From assembly GCA_963798915.1 (NCBI GenBank), contig CAWCVB010000002.1:320001-384000 (forward strand): a stretch of 64,000 nt of DNA, given 5' to 3'. The DNA is from an uncultured Gemmatimonadales bacterium (GTDB lineage Bacteria > Gemmatimonadota > Gemmatimonadetes > Gemmatimonadales > GWC2-71-9). The notes under the pieces are model-generated. The model had not been told where the DNA came from. It did no database searches and was given only the letters and a program-made list of their open reading frames with translations. Positions 58,191 to 64,000 of the stretch are shown in pieces. The position numbers and the translations under genes were made by a program. The first letter of the stretch is position 1. Every line of letters starts with the position of its first letter.

Positions 58191-58407
58191 TCCTTGGAAA
58201 TGGTCGTCGGTCGTCGGTCGGCGAGATCTGTCATCCTGAGCGAAGCGAAGGATCTGCTCACCGGCGTCGGGGCCCGGACCAGCAGATCCTTGGAAATGGT
58301 CGTCGGTCGGCGAGATCTGTCATCCTGAGCGAAGCGAAGGATCTGCTCACCGGCGTCGGGGCCCGGACCAGCAGATCCTTCGGCCGCTGCGCGGCCTCTG
58401 GATGACA
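58191..58407. repeat. Tandem duplication (96 + 89 bp) of a heptamer run plus family B REP, closed by an inverted REP
   Basis: 58191-58286 matches 58287-58375, differing by one GTCGGTC unit. Partner agatccttcgg...ggatgaca ends at 58407. Confidence 0.88.
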
Positions 58408-58449
58408 CCTGCTGTGACATCTGCCGAGCAGGGGCTTCCAGCCCCGTGA

Positions 58450-60534
58450 CTACCGAGCAGCGGCTTTCAGCGGCGTGACACGCGCCGAGCCGCCGAGCCG
58501 CCGAGCCCACGCCTCGATCTCGGTGAGCCCGCTCGAAGCGCCCGGCTGATGGGTCAGCACCAGCCGAAGTCTCGACGTCTCGATCGGGGCGAAGCTCACC
58601 CGATTGGCGCGATGGCCCTGGGGCTGTTCCGGTGAGCGCCGCTGGTCGGGTATCTCCTGCCATGCTCCATTGCGCCATGCCGCCAGCTTGTAACCTGCCG
58701 GCGCGCGAATGCTGTCGCCGTCATCCAGGAAATAGAGCATGACCCATTCGACCGGTCGGCTGACCCCGAAGTCGAGCTGTACCGTGTCTGCGGCGTTGCC
58801 CGAGCCGAGGGCGGTCCAGCGGTTGGGCGGCGAAGCGTGATACCAACGGTTGCCGTCAATCAGAACGTGGGGCGGTGATTTCGGCGCGCTGTACGAGGCA
58901 CGGATGGCAGGGAACGCCCCTGAGTCGTTGTTGACCGCAAAGTTTACCGGCCGGTCCACCGGCGCGAGCGCCGGTGGCGAGCCCATGTCCGCGACCAGCC
59001 GGGTGAGTTGCGCTGCCCGTCCCACGCGATGGCCATCCACATAGAGTGCCAGCCCCGCGCCGCGCCCATAGTGGGAGCCGTCCCGGTCCCAGAAGATCGA
59101 GACCTGGCGGCCCCGGTACGCTACACCGTCCAGCGCAAACCAGTCCCAGGTGTCGGGAATGAGCGGGTGGACTTCCAGCGAATCATCGCCCCGGGGCCGG
59201 AGGCCGGCGAGGCCGGTGATGATCAGGTCCACGTAGCTCGAATGGAAATAGTGCTCGCTGTGATTATAGGAATCGTGGCCGCGCCAGGACCCGGTAAGCG
59301 GATTGGCGGCTTCGGCGATGTAGGGCCGGCCGTCCTTGCGCTGGTCCAGCGTGAAGACCTTGAGCAGCCGGAAATAGTCTCCCGGTGTCACCACCGTCTG
59401 CCGGTAATCGTTCAGCAGGTTCGCCATGGCCGTCAGCGTCTGGCTGGTAGCGTAGGGCCACTCGTTGCCGCTCCAGACGCAGCAGGTGGGAGAGATCAGG
59501 AACTGTGGATCGTGCTGCTCGACCGTGGTGGGACCGTGCGGCGCCATGAAGTAGCTGCTGTCCATCAGGAACCGCCAGGCGCCCTCGTAGCCCGAGTCCG
59601 GCAGGCTGAACTGCCAGGGTACGTAACCGATCAGCTCACGCCCATGGGAGTTCCCCGCATACGGTCCGGTCTCGTAGGTGCGGCTGCCGGCGCGGATCCC
59701 TCCTTTTTCGTCGTGTGCAAACTGGTGAAAGAAGAATTGCCGGGTGGAATCCCAGAGTTCATCCTGCACCCGTGTCTTGAGGCGCGTCGCCCGGCTGGCG
59801 TAATCGCGCGACAGCGCGGAGTCGCCGAACAGCTGAGCAGCCGAGGCGATAGCCCGTGCATCGGCGAACAGATAGCTGTTGAGCGTGGGCCGGTATCCCT
59901 CGGCGCCGGCAAAGGAGTCCGCCGTCTGGCGGCTGTTGATATTGGTTTCCATGCCGTCGTGCATGCCGTCCCACCGGAACATCGCGTGGGCCGAGTCCCA
60001 GTGCTCGGTCAGCCAGCCCTGATATTGAGTGAGCATGTGCGGCAGCATCCGGTGAAGAAAGGCGGAGTCGCCGGTGACGAGATATGCGGCCCAGACCGCA
60101 TCGCCATACCAGTTGCTGTAGCTCCGGGGTTCCGCACCGGGTGTCTCGAACCAGTAGCGCGCGAAGTCCTCGACGTAGCGCCGGTCCTTGAGCCACCGGG
60201 TTTCATACATCTGGTGGCCCAAGGGACAGCTGATCGAGCCGTACGCGCCCGACCAGAAGGGCCGGTCAATGAATTCGGTGAAGGTGTAGCCGGTTTCCGG
60301 CGAGCCGTAGGTCAGGTGCTTGGTGACCAGCTCCCAGCGGTAATAGTAGGTGGCGTCGATAGCCGAATCGGGCGACTCGAAGAAGGGAATGTTGTGTTCA
60401 TACCAGTCCCAGTCCTGATTGTCCCACCAGGTTTGGCGCGCGAGAATGGCGCGATGATCCAGTGCCGGGGGCGCCGTGCGACAGGCGGTGATGATGGCGG
60501 ACGCCGTGATGGCGGCCAGCATGAGTCTTGTCAT
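58450..60534 (-). CDS. MGH1/GH63-like glycoside hydrolase with C-terminal discoidin/CBM-like domain
   Basis: NIPFFE.PD, YYYRW, HDGME, RPTLNSY, RELIGYVPW, WSGNEWPYAT, EHYFHS. Lipobox-like ITAC. Confidence 0.82.
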   Translation of the reverse strand: MTRLMLAAITASAIITACRTAPPALDHRAILARQTWWDNQDWDWYEHNIPFFESPDSAIDATYYYRWELVTKHLTYGSPETGYTFTEFIDRPFWSGAYGSISCPLGHQMYETRWLKDRRYVEDFARYWFETPGAEPRSYSNWYGDAVWAAYLVTGDSAFLHRMLPHMLTQYQGWLTEHWDSAHAMFRWDGMHDGMETNINSRQTADSFAGAEGYRPTLNSYLFADARAIASAAQLFGDSALSRDYASRATRLKTRVQDELWDSTRQFFFHQFAHDEKGGIRAGSRTYETGPYAGNSHGRELIGYVPWQFSLPDSGYEGAWRFLMDSSYFMAPHGPTTVEQHDPQFLISPTCCVWSGNEWPYATSQTLTAMANLLNDYRQTVVTPGDYFRLLKVFTLDQRKDGRPYIAEAANPLTGSWRGHDSYNHSEHYFHSSYVDLIITGLAGLRPRGDDSLEVHPLIPDTWDWFALDGVAYRGRQVSIFWDRDGSHYGRGAGLALYVDGHRVGRAAQLTRLVADMGSPPALAPVDRPVNFAVNNDSGAFPAIRASYSAPKSPPHVLIDGNRWYHASPPNRWTALGSGNAADTVQLDFGVSRPVEWVMLYFLDDGDSIRAPAGYKLAAWRNGAWQEIPDQRRSPEQPQGHRANRVSFAPIETSRLRLVLTHQPGASSGLTEIEAWARRLGGSARVTPLKAAAR

Positions 60535-60536
60535 AG

Positions 60537-60626
60537 GTCGTGGGTCGTCGGTGGGCAGATCACCGGTCGTCGGGCGCAAGCGTCGGCTCGCCCATCCCGC
60601 CCGTCCTGCCCATCCTGCCCATCCTG
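60537..60626. repeat. (GTCGTGG/GTCGTCG)n and (CCCATCCTG)n short arrays
   Basis: Degenerate heptamers on the left and 4 nonamers at 60590-60626 on the right. Confidence 0.7.
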
Positions 60627-60627
60627 T

Positions 60628-61635
60628 TTACGGCTTCAAGACCGTCCATTCGATCTCATTCAGCAGGTTGCCCACCGCTTCGGCCGAGTCGCTGGTGTAG
60701 GCAAAGCAGCCGGCGCCGCCATCGGCGCTCACACCCTCGAGCCGGCCCACCGTCTCCCGCACCCAGTCATCGCGGGTGAACGAGCGGCGCAGGCAGAGCC
60801 GCACGTGATAAGGCTTGGCGATCCTGAGGGGCGACAGTTCACCGGCCTTGACCCGGCGGACGGCGCGTGCCGCCGCTTCACGGAGCATCCGGTGCACGGT
60901 CGGGAGGGGGAGCGTGGCAGCCGACGAACGGGAGAAGACGGTCTTCACGGTGACCGTCTCCAGGGGCCCCAGCATCTCCCTCGTCTCGGCCGTCAGCACG
61001 TCGTCACCGGCGGCAAGCGCCATGGGCACGCCCATCTCGCCGCCAATGAAGGCTGCGATGGCCGCTTCGTTGAGCTGCTTCCCGTTCACGGTGAACGAGT
61101 CGAAGGCGAAGCTGTGCGAGATGACGCCAGGACTCCCCGCGTTGGCATGCGCCCCCACGATCATCATGGCATCCACCATCGGGTTGAGGCCGGTGGACAT
61201 CACGATCGGCTTGGGATAGCCACGGATGAGGATTGCCTCGGGGTCGAGCTGGTCCACCAGGATGTTGCGGAACAGGGTGCCGCCGTGGCCCTCGTTCACG
61301 ATGAACTGGGTGGCGCCGCCCTCACGCGCGCCTGCGATGACCGCGTTCACCTCGTCGGTCAGCTCCTGGCGGAAGCGCTCGTGCTCGGGCGACCCGCCCC
61401 GGCTCACCGGCCGCATCTCGGTCGCGTTCCGCACCACGCCGCCCAAACCTTCCATGTCGGCGATGATGTAGACGCTGAATCCGTCCTTCTGCATGTCCTG
61501 CTCCAGCTTCTGGCGGGCAAGCTGGTACTCGGTCACGCCGAAATACGCCTCGGGGGGCGTGGTGTCGCGCGGTTGTTCCTGCGCCAAGAGCGGCAGCGGC
61601 AGCAGGACCAGGGCGGCAAGGATGCGGGCGCTCAA
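60628..61635 (-). CDS. M55 family (DppA-like) D-aminopeptidase with signal peptide
   Basis: ADMEG, EVNA.I.GA, VNEGHG, GAHA, LNEA, GDD. TTG start overlaps the upstream stop. Confidence 0.88.
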   Translation of the reverse strand: MSARILAALVLLPLPLLAQEQPRDTTPPEAYFGVTEYQLARQKLEQDMQKDGFSVYIIADMEGLGGVVRNATEMRPVSRGGSPEHERFRQELTDEVNAVIAGAREGGATQFIVNEGHGGTLFRNILVDQLDPEAILIRGYPKPIVMSTGLNPMVDAMMIVGAHANAGSPGVISHSFAFDSFTVNGKQLNEAAIAAFIGGEMGVPMALAAGDDVLTAETREMLGPLETVTVKTVFSRSSAATLPLPTVHRMLREAAARAVRRVKAGELSPLRIAKPYHVRLCLRRSFTRDDWVRETVGRLEGVSADGGAGCFAYTSDSAEAVGNLLNEIEWTVLKP

Positions 61636-62612
61636 TGGAGCACCGCCGATTCGATGGCGTCGAGCAGATAGCCCATCTCGCGCGCGCTGCTGGTCACGAA
61701 GCGGAAACTGCGCTCGCCGGTCTTTTCCAGCTTGAAGTCGGGCAGGGCCGCCACGGCGGTCACTACGCTGTCGGGATAGCTGCGGCGCAGCTTGAAGGCG
61801 ACCGTGTAGGGGCGGCTCATGGTGAAGGGCTTGAACTCGCCGGCGCGTTCCCGGCGAACCGCCTCCTTGGCGCCGTCCTCCAGCATCTTCCGGACGTGCG
61901 CGGGACTGTAGGTGATGGCGGCGCTGCGGCCCACCGCGCGCTTGGTCACGATCGCGACAAATCCCTCGGGCAGCATCTTCTGCGTCTCGGCGATCAGCAC
62001 GTCGTCGCCGCTCACCAGTGAGACCGAGACACCAAGCTCGCCGGCGATCAGCGCGTTGATGCCCACCTCATTCAGCTTCTTGCCATTCACGGTGAACGAG
62101 TCAAAGGCAAAGTTGTGCGCCATCACGCCGGGACTTCCGGCATTGGCGTGGGCGCCGGTGAACATCACCGTGCCAAAGCTGCTGTCGATGCCGGTGATCA
62201 TCACCAGCGGCTTGGGGAAACCGCGGATCAGGATCGCTTCGCTGTCGAGATCCCAGGGCAGCACGTTGGCGAACAGGTTGCCGCCGTGGCCCTCGTTGAC
62301 CACGAAGCTGCGGGCCCCGGCCGCGCGGGCGCCCTTGATGGTGGCATTCACTTCCTGGGTGAGCAGCGATCGGAAGTGATCCCAGTAATCCGGACTGGTG
62401 AGATTCTTGTAGTGCTCGCCCTCGTTGCCGGCGATCACTTCATGGATGTCCACGGCGCTTCCCATGCCTTCCATGTCCGGGATGATGTACACCCGGAACC
62501 CGTCCTCGTGGGGAATCTGCTTGGCGCGGAATTCGGCCGTGGATGACCGTCGCGCCTGGGCGTGGAGTACCGAGGCGACACAGAGCAATGCGGGCAGGAC
62601 CAGGGATCGCAT
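61632..62612 (-). CDS. M55 family (DppA-like) D-aminopeptidase with signal peptide (paralog)
   Basis: PDMEG, VNEGHG, GAHA, LNEVGINA, VSGDD. Confidence 0.88.
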   Translation of the reverse strand: MRSLVLPALLCVASVLHAQARRSSTAEFRAKQIPHEDGFRVYIIPDMEGMGSAVDIHEVIAGNEGEHYKNLTSPDYWDHFRSLLTQEVNATIKGARAAGARSFVVNEGHGGNLFANVLPWDLDSEAILIRGFPKPLVMITGIDSSFGTVMFTGAHANAGSPGVMAHNFAFDSFTVNGKKLNEVGINALIAGELGVSVSLVSGDDVLIAETQKMLPEGFVAIVTKRAVGRSAAITYSPAHVRKMLEDGAKEAVRRERAGEFKPFTMSRPYTVAFKLRRSYPDSVVTAVAALPDFKLEKTGERSFRFVTSSAREMGYLLDAIESAVLH

Positions 62613-62636
62613 CGTCGTTCTCCCGAAGTTCGGGTG

Positions 62637-63998
62637 TCAGGGGTTGCCGAGCATGAGCAGCCGCAGTTCCGTCATCTCCTCGATCGCGTAGCGCACACCT
62701 TCCCGGCCCAGGCCCGATGCCTTGGCACCGCCGTAGGGCAGGTGATCCACCCGGAAGCCGGGCACGTCATTGACTACCACGCCGCCCACGTCCAGCCGCT
62801 CGAATGCGTGCAGGATGCGCCGCATGTTGTTGGTGAACAGCCCGGCCTGGAGTCCATAAGGCGAATCGTTGACTGCGGCGATGGCATCGTCGAAGTCGGC
62901 GTAGCGCCGTACCGTGGTCACTGGCGCAAAGATCTCCTCACAGTTGACCCGCATGGTGCCGGTGGTGTCGAGCAGGACGGTGGGCGCGAGCACAGCGCCA
63001 TGCCGGTGGCCACCCGCCGCCACGTGCGCGCCCGCTGCCACCGCTTCTGCGATCCACTGCTCGGCGCGCTCGGCGCTGGCCTGGTCAATCATGGGGCCGA
63101 CATCGGTGGCCTCTGACATCGGGTCGCCGGTGCGGAGTTTCTGGACGGCGGCGGCGTAGCGCCTGGTGAAGTCGTCGTAGAGCGACTGGTGCACCAGGAT
63201 GCGCTGGGTCGAGATGCAGGATTGTCCCGCGTAGATGTAGCCCCCTGCCACGCAGCGGCTGATGGCGTGATCCAGGTCGGCATCGGGTTCGATGATGACG
63301 GCAGCATTGCCACCCAGCTCGAGCGCGACGCGCTTGGTGCCGGCGCGCTGCCGGATGGCCCAGCCCACCCGGCCCGACCCGGTGAAGGTGACCATCCGGA
63401 CGCGCGGATCCTCGATCAGCGGTGTCGCCACTTCGTTGCTGCAGGGGAGGACAGAGATGGCGCCGGCCGGATAGCCGCTCTGACTCAGCATCTCGCCCAG
63501 CAGCAGCGTCGAGAGCGGATCCTGTGGTGGCGGCTTGAGCACCATGGTGGCGCCGCAGGCGATGGCGGGCGCCAGCTTATGCGCCGCCAGGAGCACGGGA
63601 AAGTTGAAGGGGATAATGGCCGAGATGGGCGAGAGCGGGAAGCGGCGGGTGAGGCCCCAGCGATGCTCCCCATGCGGCAGGAGATCCATGGGGATCACTT
63701 CGCCGCCGATGCGCTTGGCCTCTTCGGCCCCCTGCTGGAAGACGAAAATGGCCCGGTCAATCTCTCCCCGGGCCAGGGCGACGGGTTTGCCGGCTTCGGC
63801 CGCGAGCAGCCGGGCCAGCTCGTCCCGCCGGCTGGCGACGGCGGTGCGGATCCGGTCCAGCGCCGCGGCGCGGGCGTGGGACGGGAGTGCGGCGGCCTCG
63901 GGGGCGGCGGCCACGGCGGCATCCAGCGCGGCAGCGACGTCGCTGGGGCTGGCCATGGCGGCGAGGCCCACCAGCTCCCCGGAAAAGGGGCTCCTGAT
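62637..63998 (-). CDS. Aldehyde dehydrogenase (5' end beyond the window)
   Basis: IRSPFSGE, PFNFP, FTGS, LELGGN, AGQSC, EEIFAP, PYGGAKASGLGREG. Confidence 0.95.
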   Translation of the reverse strand: MRSPFSGELVGLAAMASPSDVAAALDAAVAAAPEAAALPSHARAAALDRIRTAVASRRDELARLLAAEAGKPVALARGEIDRAIFVFQQGAEEAKRIGGEVIPMDLLPHGEHRWGLTRRFPLSPISAIIPFNFPVLLAAHKLAPAIACGATMVLKPPPQDPLSTLLLGEMLSQSGYPAGAISVLPCSNEVATPLIEDPRVRMVTFTGSGRVGWAIRQRAGTKRVALELGGNAAVIIEPDADLDHAISRCVAGGYIYAGQSCISTQRILVHQSLYDDFTRRYAAAVQKLRTGDPMSEATDVGPMIDQASAERAEQWIAEAVAAGAHVAAGGHRHGAVLAPTVLLDTTGTMRVNCEEIFAPVTTVRRYADFDDAIAAVNDSPYGLQAGLFTNNMRRILHAFERLDVGGVVVNDVPGFRVDHLPYGGAKASGLGREGVRYAIEEMTELRLLMLGNP

Positions 63999-64000
63999 TT

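Noticed and set aside
59008..61671. 887-aa plus-strand ORF (also 23937-26105, 40415-42433, 5275-6864, 44532-46097)
   Set aside because: These are antisense shadows of well-supported genes in high-GC DNA, with no recognisable motifs.
1..64000. rRNA, tRNA (including tRNA-Sec), riboswitches, prophage, known anti-phage systems
   Set aside because: None was recognisable by eye. A covariance-model search would be needed to exclude small RNAs.

Overview
This is a high-GC bacterial window with densely packed accessory and envelope genes. The gene repertoire is reminiscent of Gemmatimonadota, but that is inference only, since no marker gene, rRNA, tRNA or CRISPR array is visible. Content includes two Ada/AlkA-type genes, DinB/YciI/ECF-sigma/ArsR stress modules, a VapBC toxin-antitoxin pair, transporters, peptidases (M1, M13, two M55), glycoside hydrolases and a Cyc2-like cytochrome-porin. 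The strongest hidden signal is a MerB (organomercurial lyase)-like gene at 52363..51686 (-) that the ORF track splits at an in-frame TGA. The TGA sits at the position of the second catalytic Cys and is followed 19 nt later by a hairpin with a GGUC apical loop like the E. coli fdhF SECIS, so it is a probable selenoprotein, in an operon with an NAD-dependent epimerase and a DUF6314-like gene and with no mer genes in view. Second is a repeat ecosystem: three REP-like palindrome families, BIME-like tandem arrays, a doubly inactivated RAYT (REP-associated tyrosine transposase), and about 15 tracts of 7-9-nt tandem repeats whose G-rich strand nearly always points into the intergenic space. Other observations are a shared 30-bp promoter-like motif upstream of yciI and doxX, a leaderless VapB promoter with two operators, a paralogous gene split exactly in two by a 766-bp rpiB-carrying segment, and many frameshifted or truncated genes (real decay versus read error cannot be decided from sequence alone). 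Family assignments come from motif recognition, not from database searches.
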